IMG/VR virus record: IMGVR_UViG_3300010885_016694
Span: 3,532-67,531 of that record
Strand: one strand, 5' to 3'
Origin: a virus
DNA: 64,000 nt
Part shown: positions 38,294 to 48,943 of the stretch, piece after piece
Numbering within the stretch: position 1 is the first letter of the stretch
Layout of the letters: every line of letters starts with the position of its first letter
Program-made: the position numbers and the translations under genes
Notes under the pieces: model-generated
Databases searched by the model: none
Seen by the model: only the letters and a program-made list of their open reading frames with translations
What the model was told of the DNA's origin: nothing

Positions 38294-40123
38294 ATGAGTA
38301 CTTCCAATTTTACAGAATTTAAATTACCAAGAAATGCGTATGCCGCATTTGATGCATTAAGTCTAAAGCAATTAATCAAAAATAGATTAAAAACTATAGG
38401 AGTTTTTCCTGATATTGACTTCGAAGGAAGTAATATAAACGGATTAGTTGATGTCGTTGCTTACACATATCATGTATTGTTGTTTTATCTAAACCAAACA
38501 GCATCGGATTCATTATTTTCACAAGCTGAATTGTTTGAAAACATGAATAAAATTGTAAATTTGATTGGATATAAACCAAATGGATCGCATACAGCATCTT
38601 TAAAGGTTGATATGTATGCAACTACGCTTATTCCAGTAGGATCATATACGATTGAAAGATTTTCTTACATGATAATAAACAATATACCTTATTCTTTTAA
38701 TAAGGATGTATCTTTTCAGAAGATTACAAATTCTTCTCAAGATGAATTAATTGAATCTGTGGGGGCAAATAATTTATTATACCAAGGAGCTTTTAAAGAA
38801 TATCCATTATATACCGCTATTGGAGAAAATTTTGAATCTTTTACTTTAAATCTTGATTATCCTTTAGATATAGCACCATCTAAAATGATAGATCATAACA
38901 ATGTTTATGTGTTTGTAAAGGATGTTAATACACAAAAATGGTCAGAATGGAAAGAAGTTAGTAGTTTATACTTATCTGATAATATTTCTAATTATTTTGA
39001 AAAGAGATTGAACGAATATGGTCATCATGAAATAAAATTTGGTGATGATATTAACGGAAAACGATTAAATTCTGGAGATGTTGTAGCAATTTATTATTTG
39101 GAAAGTGATGGTAATTCTGGTATTATTGGAATAAATGCCAGTAAATCTGGTAAGGTTTCTTCTTATATTTCTGATTTGTTTTTTGAAATACAAAACGATA
39201 TCAAAGATCCTAATGTTAATTATTTGTCAAAGGATAATACTTTAGCATTAAAATTTGAAAACGAATATGCATCAATACCTCCTACTCCAGTTGAAAACGT
39301 AACAGAAATGAGAAAAAATGCACCATTGTTGTTTTCTTCGCAAAATAGAGCGGTTACGGTATATGATTATGAATCTTATGTATATAAGAATTTCTCTAAT
39401 ATAATACAAAGTGTTAAAGCGGTTTCAAATAAACAATATACATCAGAATATTTGTCATATTATTATGACTTGGGACTCCAAAGACCTAATTTGGATGATA
39501 AATTGTTGTTTAATCAAGTTGCATTTAATGATTCTTGTGACTTTAATAATGTTTATTTGTTTTGTGTACCTAGATTAGGCGCAATCAAAGACGAAACAAC
39601 CCCAATCGATTTGTTTTTTTCTCAAAAACAAGCAATAGTTGATAAATTAGAAGAAGTTAAGATGTTGAATCATAATATTGTTGTAAATGATCCGATATAT
39701 TTGGCATTTGATATAGCATTACCAATATTAGGTGAAATAATAACTCCCGATATTAGAGATGAGACTGTTTTACGAGTAACTAGAAGTACAACACAGATAA
39801 TATCTAAAGATCAAATTAAAAATTCTATATATGTGTTATTTAAACAATTCTTTTTACAAGCTAGTAATTCATTAGAGCAAACTTTAGATTTAACTGAATT
39901 GAGTTTTAATATTTTAAGTATAGAAGGCATCAAATCATTAGAAACTGTTAGAATTTCAAATGGTGTTGAATATAAAACTTCAAAAATAAGTTTTATATAT
40001 TGGAATCCGTTGTATGGAAATGCTAATGTGAACACAACTTCACAAAATATGTCGTTAAAATTCTTCGAATTTCCGTTTTTTTATAAAATATCAAATTTAA
40101 TTAATAAAATAGAAGTAATATAA
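38294..40123 (+). CDS. Baseplate wedge subunit (gp6-like)
   Basis: DFEGSN...LIGYKP, IKFGDDINGK, QNRAVTVYDYE. Confidence 0.92.
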   Translation: MSTSNFTEFKLPRNAYAAFDALSLKQLIKNRLKTIGVFPDIDFEGSNINGLVDVVAYTYHVLLFYLNQTASDSLFSQAELFENMNKIVNLIGYKPNGSHTASLKVDMYATTLIPVGSYTIERFSYMIINNIPYSFNKDVSFQKITNSSQDELIESVGANNLLYQGAFKEYPLYTAIGENFESFTLNLDYPLDIAPSKMIDHNNVYVFVKDVNTQKWSEWKEVSSLYLSDNISNYFEKRLNEYGHHEIKFGDDINGKRLNSGDVVAIYYLESDGNSGIIGINASKSGKVSSYISDLFFEIQNDIKDPNVNYLSKDNTLALKFENEYASIPPTPVENVTEMRKNAPLLFSSQNRAVTVYDYESYVYKNFSNIIQSVKAVSNKQYTSEYLSYYYDLGLQRPNLDDKLLFNQVAFNDSCDFNNVYLFCVPRLGAIKDETTPIDLFFSQKQAIVDKLEEVKMLNHNIVVNDPIYLAFDIALPILGEIITPDIRDETVLRVTRSTTQIISKDQIKNSIYVLFKQFFLQASNSLEQTLDLTELSFNILSIEGIKSLETVRISNGVEYKTSKISFIYWNPLYGNANVNTTSQNMSLKFFEFPFFYKISNLINKIEVI

Positions 40124-43100
40124 TGCAAGATTATCACAGATATATTTATTTTCAAACATTAGATTACACTGGAACTCAAACAACCAGTGGATATACGCTT
40201 CCTATTACCCCTTTTACGTTTATTCCAATTTTTGATGATGGGACATCCGTAGATTATTCTAAAAAAAGGATATTATGGGATTTTGGTGATGGGACAACAT
40301 CAGAATCTGTTACTGCTGTTCATAGTTATAAATTTCCCGGTTGGTATAATGTTAAATGTTATGTATTAGGTAAATTGGGAGAAGGATATGTTGATGCTTT
40401 TTCTCAAAATTTGATGGTGCATGATTATATAAGTGATGTATTGTCTTTGTCGGGATTTATAGGAAAAACCGAATCAGGAACTAAACAAAATCCATTTAAA
40501 ATATTTCGTTTTAATAGCTGGCAAACATATGATGTGTTATCAGCAGAAGGATATACAATAAAATTAAATGTAAATGGTAACACAGCTCCACTTTTAAATG
40601 TAGAAGAATATAAAAAGGATTCTTGGGGTCATTTAAAGCCCTCTTCTAGATTTGAATCTATAGAATATAATGTAATTACACAACAATACGAAAAACAACC
40701 AGTTAATAGTATTAAAACTTCAAATATAGAAATATATGCAAGAGTTTTTAATAATAAATTAACATTATGCGAAAAAAACGACATAGGATCTTGTTTTGTG
40801 GGTACTTCAGGAAGTAAAGAATTCTATTTTATTGATGATTTACCAAAATTATTAGAAGATGTTACGAGAGAGCAGCCAATAACGGTTTATGCATCGTTTG
40901 ATACAAGAAAATTTAAAGATTTTGATTCGGATCATATAAAATTTCCAGAAAATTATATATCAGTTTTAAATAATATATTCGATACGACAGCATTTACTAT
41001 ATTAATTGAACAATTATATTCAGACCATTTGACAATAACATCAAATGGTATTGATGATGATAATAATGGTAATTTAATTGATACGTTTAACATATATCCT
41101 CAAAAATTTGTTAATCAAAAAATACCATTTGTTGTAAAAATTAAAGATATTGCGAAATTAACATCAAAATACAATCCAATATTAACATTAAAACCAGATC
41201 CTAATGTATTACCCGGTGAAATATACTTGGAACTTAGGGATGAATATGATAATAAATTAGAAAATGTCGAATTTAATTCAAATTATGGAGTTCTTTCGTC
41301 ACAAAAATTTGGTGGTTATTTCAAAGGATATTTGATTGCCGATAATCCGTTGAAAAATGTACACATTTTTGCAAAAGCTATACCCATAGCCACAAAAAGA
41401 TATTTAGTGGACACGGCATGTGCAATTATAAGTGAACCACAATCGGATAAAATACATAGTATTGTGGTGAAGCAGGATACTAATGATAAAACCAGAAAAA
41501 TATTGAGCGATAATTTGATTAGAACCTATAGTTTAACTGGCATTTATTCATCTTGTGTCGTATCTAAGAGATTACCGAACGGAAAAACTACATACGAAGC
41601 ATTTTTGGTCGATGCTGATAAAGAAAAGATAATGAAGTACGATCCAATAAATTTGGAATTGTTGTATGATGGGTATGTATTACCAGAAAATTCGTCTCCA
41701 TCTGATATTTGTAGTGACAGTAAAGGAAATATATGGGTTACATTATATGATTCGATCAGTACTATACGAATTAACAATTTATCTAATCTTGTAGATAGGA
41801 TAATACGTCCATCAGTAGCAAACACAGTAACGGATTATGAAAATAGTGTTACTCCAGCATCTTTGGACACAGATTTAAATGATAATTTATGGATATCATA
41901 TTCAAACGAACAATTATCGTTTATTGAAAAGTATGATATCAGTACTAATTTCTTATTTAAAATCAATCTAACACCAAATTACGAATCAACCGAAATTATA
42001 ACGGATCTAAATTGTAATGCATGGGGTATAGCAAAAGAGCTAGAGTCCCCATCATTAGTTTTATCTTCTAGTAATGATAAAATATATAAAATAGATCCAG
42101 ATGGAAATAGTGTAACCTATTATGATGTTAGTGGTAGCTTGTGGAATCTAACATTAGATGTTTCAGGAAACATATGGGCAACAAAAAATAGGAATGAATT
42201 AGCATTCATCAACACACAAACGAATACATTTAGTACATTTTCGTTAAGTACCTATTCTTCATTAGATCCAGAAACGAATTATATTAGTGATTTGGAAGGG
42301 ATTGCTTGTACTACGGATAATACTATATTAGTAGTAGATAATACAAACAGGAAAATACATTATTTTTCTGCAAATGTTATGAGATATGGGTTCCATCCAT
42401 CGTCTATGAGTTTATATTACACAAACGACATACCAGCTAATAGAACACAAGATAAAATAAATGCATACGGAGATTGGAATGGGTTTAAGTATATTAATAA
42501 ATACCAAAATACATTCGGAAACCCCAAACCTGTATACGGAAATAGTAATAATTTTAATTTATATCCTTCTACTCAAGGAGAATATGAGATAAGAAAGGTT
42601 AATGAAAATTTTGACATGAAACAACAAATAAAATCATATCGTTTTCAAGATTATTTGTTGGATAATACTATTGTTTTTGATGACTTTATAGGAACAGCAG
42701 TGGGTGCGTTGTCATCAAAACCAAATGAAATAGGAAAGGTTGTTTATGAAAAAATCTCTAATTTTACAAACAATTTACATAATATTGATGTTTGTGGCGT
42801 TCAAGCATTAAAATCAATGTATGAAATGTTGGATGAACCATTCTATACATTTAATAATACTTCATACAATCTTCCAGCAGAATTAAACAGATTAATTGAT
42901 TTGTTTTCTATAAATTTTTCAAAATTAAAGGGAAGTTATGATAAATTTGATTTAAATTTTTATAATAAAGGATATAATAATGAATATTTGAGACAAAATA
43001 ATCAACCTGTAAATTATGGGATAAACAAAGGAGAAGAATTAGACTTTTTTACTTCGATTTTGACTGCGGGTAATAATATAATAAGTTATGAAAAATTCAG

Positions 43101-43443
43101 CGAAACATATAGAGTTTTAAATACTAATATATTAAGTTCTGTATCAGGGAACATAACATATATAGATGCAAATACAAGAACATATCAATTAAGCACATAC
43201 CACCCAAATTGGGGATGGGGGTTGCTGTTGCCAGAAGAATATTCCAACGACCAAATACCATTGTTATACACTTTTTATAACTATGTTACAGGATATACTG
43301 ACATCCAAAACGAAGGTGTCATAAATTGGAGTGATCCGTATAACAATATACCGAAAAATATAACAGATATACAAGTATGGGATTCCATCAAACAAAAGAT
43401 GATTTGCTATACATTAGCAAAAGGATTGGGCATCATTAAATAA
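40123..43443 (+). CDS. Large baseplate protein with PKD domain and beta-propeller (gp7-like position)
   Basis: WDFGDGT..H.Y..PG.Y.V; repeats DSKGNIWVT / DLNDNLWIS / DVSGNIWAT. Confidence 0.7.
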   Translation: MQDYHRYIYFQTLDYTGTQTTSGYTLPITPFTFIPIFDDGTSVDYSKKRILWDFGDGTTSESVTAVHSYKFPGWYNVKCYVLGKLGEGYVDAFSQNLMVHDYISDVLSLSGFIGKTESGTKQNPFKIFRFNSWQTYDVLSAEGYTIKLNVNGNTAPLLNVEEYKKDSWGHLKPSSRFESIEYNVITQQYEKQPVNSIKTSNIEIYARVFNNKLTLCEKNDIGSCFVGTSGSKEFYFIDDLPKLLEDVTREQPITVYASFDTRKFKDFDSDHIKFPENYISVLNNIFDTTAFTILIEQLYSDHLTITSNGIDDDNNGNLIDTFNIYPQKFVNQKIPFVVKIKDIAKLTSKYNPILTLKPDPNVLPGEIYLELRDEYDNKLENVEFNSNYGVLSSQKFGGYFKGYLIADNPLKNVHIFAKAIPIATKRYLVDTACAIISEPQSDKIHSIVVKQDTNDKTRKILSDNLIRTYSLTGIYSSCVVSKRLPNGKTTYEAFLVDADKEKIMKYDPINLELLYDGYVLPENSSPSDICSDSKGNIWVTLYDSISTIRINNLSNLVDRIIRPSVANTVTDYENSVTPASLDTDLNDNLWISYSNEQLSFIEKYDISTNFLFKINLTPNYESTEIITDLNCNAWGIAKELESPSLVLSSSNDKIYKIDPDGNSVTYYDVSGSLWNLTLDVSGNIWATKNRNELAFINTQTNTFSTFSLSTYSSLDPETNYISDLEGIACTTDNTILVVDNTNRKIHYFSANVMRYGFHPSSMSLYYTNDIPANRTQDKINAYGDWNGFKYINKYQNTFGNPKPVYGNSNNFNLYPSTQGEYEIRKVNENFDMKQQIKSYRFQDYLLDNTIVFDDFIGTAVGALSSKPNEIGKVVYEKISNFTNNLHNIDVCGVQALKSMYEMLDEPFYTFNNTSYNLPAELNRLIDLFSINFSKLKGSYDKFDLNFYNKGYNNEYLRQNNQPVNYGINKGEELDFFTSILTAGNNIISYEKFSETYRVLNTNILSSVSGNITYIDANTRTYQLSTYHPNWGWGLLLPEEYSNDQIPLLYTFYNYVTGYTDIQNEGVINWSDPYNNIPKNITDIQVWDSIKQKMICYTLAKGLGIIK

Positions 43444-43447
43444 TAAT

Positions 43448-46400
43448 GTGTCGGAATCACTCGTATTTGCTAAAACATTACCATTATATTCCATAGTAAA
43501 TCCTTCGGTACTTGAAAGGGATTACTTGGACTATGAAGCTCCGTTTTCATTTTTTGACTTTTTAAAGTACACTAGAGCAGATTTAACTCCGTTACAATTT
43601 AATGATCTATATTTATCATATTTAAAAGAATGGAATGTAGTTAAAAAACTAAGTGATGGTCAATCAGAACAATCAATACAAGAAAGATATGTAGAATTAA
43701 TAAAGGAAATAACTTTACAATATAGTTCTACAGAAGAAAGAAGATTCCTAGCAAATATAAATTATTCGGATGAGACGGAATTGGATATTATAATACCATT
43801 CTATTCTTCCAAATTAATAGAAATATGTAAATTCTATTCGGATAAAAGAGAAAAATTAAAATATAAAGTACAAAAAAACAAAGTAAAAGGAACTAATATA
43901 AGTATAAAAAAATCAATTAACGAAACCGTAATTGATACAATATTTTCTGGTACATTTGATTTTTCTGCTGAAAAAACACTACAACAAAACATAATACAGA
44001 ACGAACTCCTTAAGGATTTAAAGATAGAAATTGAAACATTATATGATACATATACGAATTATCACGATAATGATCCAACGGAAGTTCCAGAAACATATGA
44101 TGTTAAAACTGGATTAAGAAATAAACTATATTCAACAAATTTAAATGCAATTGATGTTGATATTTTTATTAATTTTGATCAAGCCGTAAAAAATAAACTA
44201 TTTGAAAATATTAAACTGTTTTTAACTCAATTTGGGAAAATATTTACAATCAATTATGCATTGGATCAAGTAGATTTAGATTGTAAACCTGATCAAAAAC
44301 TTTATAATTTAGTTTCTGAAGAAAAACCGAAGGCAAATAAATTAGTTTTATTAAATGCTGATTTGGTTAAAAAATATATTGGAGCAGATATGTACTATAT
44401 TCAGACGGGAAGTACTATTTTTGATATAACGTCTGGAGTTTTGGTTAAAGCAGAAAATCCAACAGGAAATTTGTTGAATAGGCATTATCCAACAACAGCA
44501 ACAATAGAAGAAGAATCTGTGTTGTATTCCGAAAGAGATATTGGATTATTTTTTACACCAGATAAAAATAGTATTTTATATTTTTCTGTGCCAGAAAAAT
44601 TATACAAAATAAATGAATCTAAATTACAACCAAATAGTGTATATGTATTTCCCGATCCATCATTATACGGAAATACTATGGGTGTATCTAGAATATATGA
44701 CACAAAGTATCCATTAACACATATATGCGAATACACTAAATCGGTTAATAATAGAAGTCGTGATTATTCATCTGGAGATATCAATTCAACACCATTTTCA
44801 CAAGATTATTATTCGTATTTTTCAAGACATCAAATAGCAAATAGTTACGAATTAGGATTAAGTGGGATTAAATCCAATTTTGCACCTTTGTATGATAGAG
44901 GTATTGTATATAGATGGAATTCTGATATTTATGGTAACCAATATGGTTTATTTAAACATAAAATTAAACAAAAGTTGATAGATTATAGCTTTTTGGAAGA
45001 AATTCCAGTAAAAGAATGCGAAGATTATGATGGCGGTCCTATAGAATTTTATGAAAACGGGATATTACCAGAAGTTGTATTAACCAGCAACCCAAAATGG
45101 GTAAAACCCGATGTTTGGGCGTCTAATTATTATTATAATATAGCAATAGAAGGCGGAATAGGGGGATTTAAATACGGAATGATGGAGAGAGGGTTTTATT
45201 GGGAAGGATATAGCGTAGATGGGCTGATGATTAATGAAAATCAAAGAAGTTTAGAAACATTTGATGTTAATTTTAATGTATTATATCCTATAGAATTAGC
45301 AACTTTTGATGGGAATGCCTACAATAATTTGGAACCAATAGAAATTGATCAAGAATTTAATAATTCTGTTACTAGTTTGTATGATCAATATACATATTTA
45401 ATTGATGATCTTTTTTACTGTAGAAATGGGAAAAATAATTTAAAACAAAGACCATTAAATGTATTGGACGGTAATTCTGGCGAAAACATTAGTGAATTTC
45501 CTCCTAATTTTAACAATAATTATATTTTATCTTCAATAAAGAATAAAAATTTTGATGCTGGTAAGATAACGGATTTTTGTGATGTTCAGTTTGATTTTGA
45601 AGATCAAACAAATCACATAATAAAGGAAACATTATCAGCATCCAGAACTATATTAGCAGATGTAGATACAGAAACCGAATCATTAATAGAAAAAAGAAAT
45701 CAATTTGGCTCTATTTACATAAATGACATAGTATCCAATACTGTACGTCCATTATCTACAGCTATGGAAGTGCAGTTCAGAAAATACAACAGTAGTGAAT
45801 ATGATACATTAAGATATCAAATAAGTAATGAAGTATTAGATTTCAATGTTTATAATGATTTTTTATGGATTAAAACAAAAGAATATGTGGTTTTTGAAAA
45901 AATAGCCTACAGTGAAAATCAATATAGTTATTCTGGAACAGATTTGAATTTTATTAAATATAAATCGGGAAATTTGTTATCTCATATAACAAATCCATTT
46001 ATATTTGAAAATAGAGATTATAGTTTAATTGTATTATTGTCTTCTATAAACACAGAATCAAATAATTTTTCTATTATACCATTGTTCTATAAAGTTAATT
46101 TATCAAATGGAAAATACGAAAAAATAAGCACATCTACAATACCTCTAAGTGTGTATTTAAATGATATAGAAAAAAATAATATAAAATTGTGTAGAGTTAA
46201 TCAACCTGTATTAACGTATAATAGTAGAAATGAAAAATATTGTGTTATGACTACTATAGAAGATTTGAATGAAATGTTTTACATTTATCGTATTAAATTT
46301 GATTTTGATGGGCAAAATATATTAAATCCTGAAGTGAATTTATATACTCCAAATACCGAAGAATACATCAACACAACAAATTTTAATGACACTACTAATA

Positions 46401-46483
46401 TAATTAATTTAAACATAACACAAAACGATATTACCGAAAATACAAATATAACTATTAATGATGGAGTTTTAATATTAGGATAA
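43448..46483 (+). CDS. Large virion structural (baseplate) protein
   Basis: 1011 aa in the baseplate cluster; GTG 5 nt after TAAATA 43437-43442. Confidence 0.65.
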   Translation: MSESLVFAKTLPLYSIVNPSVLERDYLDYEAPFSFFDFLKYTRADLTPLQFNDLYLSYLKEWNVVKKLSDGQSEQSIQERYVELIKEITLQYSSTEERRFLANINYSDETELDIIIPFYSSKLIEICKFYSDKREKLKYKVQKNKVKGTNISIKKSINETVIDTIFSGTFDFSAEKTLQQNIIQNELLKDLKIEIETLYDTYTNYHDNDPTEVPETYDVKTGLRNKLYSTNLNAIDVDIFINFDQAVKNKLFENIKLFLTQFGKIFTINYALDQVDLDCKPDQKLYNLVSEEKPKANKLVLLNADLVKKYIGADMYYIQTGSTIFDITSGVLVKAENPTGNLLNRHYPTTATIEEESVLYSERDIGLFFTPDKNSILYFSVPEKLYKINESKLQPNSVYVFPDPSLYGNTMGVSRIYDTKYPLTHICEYTKSVNNRSRDYSSGDINSTPFSQDYYSYFSRHQIANSYELGLSGIKSNFAPLYDRGIVYRWNSDIYGNQYGLFKHKIKQKLIDYSFLEEIPVKECEDYDGGPIEFYENGILPEVVLTSNPKWVKPDVWASNYYYNIAIEGGIGGFKYGMMERGFYWEGYSVDGLMINENQRSLETFDVNFNVLYPIELATFDGNAYNNLEPIEIDQEFNNSVTSLYDQYTYLIDDLFYCRNGKNNLKQRPLNVLDGNSGENISEFPPNFNNNYILSSIKNKNFDAGKITDFCDVQFDFEDQTNHIIKETLSASRTILADVDTETESLIEKRNQFGSIYINDIVSNTVRPLSTAMEVQFRKYNSSEYDTLRYQISNEVLDFNVYNDFLWIKTKEYVVFEKIAYSENQYSYSGTDLNFIKYKSGNLLSHITNPFIFENRDYSLIVLLSSINTESNNFSIIPLFYKVNLSNGKYEKISTSTIPLSVYLNDIEKNNIKLCRVNQPVLTYNSRNEKYCVMTTIEDLNEMFYIYRIKFDFDGQNILNPEVNLYTPNTEEYINTTNFNDTTNIINLNITQNDITENTNITINDGVLILG

Positions 46484-46484
46484 C

Positions 46485-46961
46485 ATGAATACAATATATT
46501 ATACATTAACGTCAGAATATAATAGTATAAACTATGTATCAATAGATGATGTCAAAGTTTCTAAAGGAAAAACCGAAGTAATATTTGATATTTCTCAATT
46601 ACCTAATCAAAATTCAAATATAATTAGAACCGAAATCATTTTTGGAGATTCGTCTCCAAATTTTGAAAAAAACTATATATTTGAAGAAAATTTTAATATT
46701 TTAAGAGAAAAGGTTCGTCATATATACTATCCTGATACTGTAAATTCAAATATTATATATTATCCTACTATAGTTGTAACATATTCTAATTTTAATCAAT
46801 TAATATTTCAACTTACTCTCAAAATTGCTAAATCTTCAATACTTTCTGATTACAGGGGAGTTGTTGTGTCTTCGATTCAATTTGTGGATGACGAAGATGA
46901 CAGTATATTCACTGTATTAGAATCTTTAAATGGTGACATTTTGAACTTAAAAATTAAATAA
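46485..46961 (+). CDS. Small PKD/Ig-like structural protein
   Basis: IFGDSS...RHIYYP pattern; coupled start. Confidence 0.55.
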   Translation: MNTIYYTLTSEYNSINYVSIDDVKVSKGKTEVIFDISQLPNQNSNIIRTEIIFGDSSPNFEKNYIFEENFNILREKVRHIYYPDTVNSNIIYYPTIVVTYSNFNQLIFQLTLKIAKSSILSDYRGVVVSSIQFVDDEDDSIFTVLESLNGDILNLKIK

Positions 46962-46965
46962 TTTA

Positions 46966-48942
46966 GTGGAGATTATTAATCTAGCATCCAAATCTGTAGC
47001 TTTATCAACGTCATATCTAGGAGACGATGATGTAAGATTTATTGGTGTTCTTGATTATACGGAAGAGGGATATAATTTTAATAAAGAAACGTATTTATTA
47101 AACATATCTGATCAAAAAATAAACAATTATTCTTCGTTGTATCTAACATCAAAATATAGAACAGACGAAATAATAAAAATAAATGAATTACCAGAAGTAT
47201 CAAATATTTACAATTTTAATACTTCTATAATAGACAATAATACTGGAGCATATCTTACGGTTTCTAGTGAATACGATTCAAGTACAGAAGAATTAATAAA
47301 TTATTTTTCTGCTTCAAATGCAAAATTTATAGAACCTTCAGAAAGAATTTTCGAAGTTACTCTGCTGAATTCTACTAGTGCTAGTATTTTACATAGAGGT
47401 AAAAATAGAATAAATTATAATTTATTACACAATAATGGGGTATTTTATTTTTCTTCTGTTTTTAAACCAGAATTTTGTATTTTTAATTATGTTTTAGATA
47501 AAACAAACAATAAAATGTGTTTGTTTCATAATTCTCAATTGATTGTATTTTCTAATAATAAGTTATCCGCAACTCCTAATTTAAGTTCATTTAAAACAAA
47601 TTATTTTAATGTTAATTACTATATACAAAAATTAAAACCAAAACTTAATACTTCTTGGGTATCATACAAAAGTGAGCATACAAATGCTTATGAAGTAAAT
47701 CAAGAAAAAAGTAGAAACAATTTAAAAAATAATTTTATTGCTTACAATAATTATAGTAGTATAACTGGAAATGTTTTAAAAAGTAATATATTAACATTAA
47801 AAAATCAAAAAACTCACAAAAATTATACTTACAGATCAGATTATATAGAAAAATTCAATGAAGAAGTACCAGCAGTAGAAAATAGAAACTATACAGGATT
47901 GTTTACTGGTAATGATCAAGAAATGGGTGATTATGGTATAACTTTAAATTATGAATTTTATAACATGGATTATAAATTTTTTGCCGACAAATACACTCAA
48001 TTCATAACCCCAGAAAGTCTCTATCCATATAAACAAATAAACATCAATGATTTAAGTTGGAACTACAGGGGTTCTATTGCGGGTGAAAATCCATATTTAT
48101 CTGATAAGATTTTTCAAAAAAGAACAAAATCCTCGGATTCGACTGGAGAATATCTATGCTCATGGCTTTACAAAAACAGAGATGGTTCAACTATATGGTT
48201 AGATAGATATTATTATCCAGAAAAAACATCATATTCGTTAGCACTAGCAACGAATTTTAATTATACTTATATTGATCCAGTAAATGATTTAATTAAAACC
48301 AAATTATTATCATCTGAATATTATGATGTCCCAGACGTATACAATAGTTTAGAGGAAGAAGCAGCACACACTCCTCAAACGATAGAATATGCTCTGTATG
48401 GTAGATCGTTTTTTGATAAAAGAAGTGATTTGATAATTCTTCCAAATTCCGAATACATATATCATCGTTTGGGTGAAAAATATGTATCTGAAGTAATTTC
48501 TGGATTAGAAAAATTTATAATAAAAAATGGATTGGAGCTTTTAAATGGGAATGATGCTACCATTTATATTGATAATACCGATTTAGAATCAATTGAATAT
48601 GTTTTAAATGGAAATTCGTATTCATTAATACAAGATTATAATGACGCAAATTTAGGGCATCAATTTACACTATCTTTTTGGATGCAGTCTAATAATTGGC
48701 AAGAAGGATTTGGGCATCAGATACTAGGAAATTTAAATGATAAAGGATTTGGTATTTTATACGACAGATTAATAACTCCTTTAATTACAATACAATCTAA
48801 TCAAAACGTGTATGTATATAACACGAATTTTCAATTATTGGATGTTGCGATATCAGACAATGAATTAAATCAAACTACGAAAATAAAAGATATATACAGA
48901 ACGGATCATTTGGATTCGTTTTACACCATTAATATAGAATAA
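46966..48942 (+). CDS. Virion structural protein ending in the N-terminal half of a LamG-like domain
   Basis: LNGNSY...FTLSFW...QILGN near the C-terminus. Confidence 0.6.
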   Translation: MEIINLASKSVALSTSYLGDDDVRFIGVLDYTEEGYNFNKETYLLNISDQKINNYSSLYLTSKYRTDEIIKINELPEVSNIYNFNTSIIDNNTGAYLTVSSEYDSSTEELINYFSASNAKFIEPSERIFEVTLLNSTSASILHRGKNRINYNLLHNNGVFYFSSVFKPEFCIFNYVLDKTNNKMCLFHNSQLIVFSNNKLSATPNLSSFKTNYFNVNYYIQKLKPKLNTSWVSYKSEHTNAYEVNQEKSRNNLKNNFIAYNNYSSITGNVLKSNILTLKNQKTHKNYTYRSDYIEKFNEEVPAVENRNYTGLFTGNDQEMGDYGITLNYEFYNMDYKFFADKYTQFITPESLYPYKQININDLSWNYRGSIAGENPYLSDKIFQKRTKSSDSTGEYLCSWLYKNRDGSTIWLDRYYYPEKTSYSLALATNFNYTYIDPVNDLIKTKLLSSEYYDVPDVYNSLEEEAAHTPQTIEYALYGRSFFDKRSDLIILPNSEYIYHRLGEKYVSEVISGLEKFIIKNGLELLNGNDATIYIDNTDLESIEYVLNGNSYSLIQDYNDANLGHQFTLSFWMQSNNWQEGFGHQILGNLNDKGFGILYDRLITPLITIQSNQNVYVYNTNFQLLDVAISDNELNQTTKIKDIYRTDHLDSFYTINIE

Positions 48943-48943
48943 T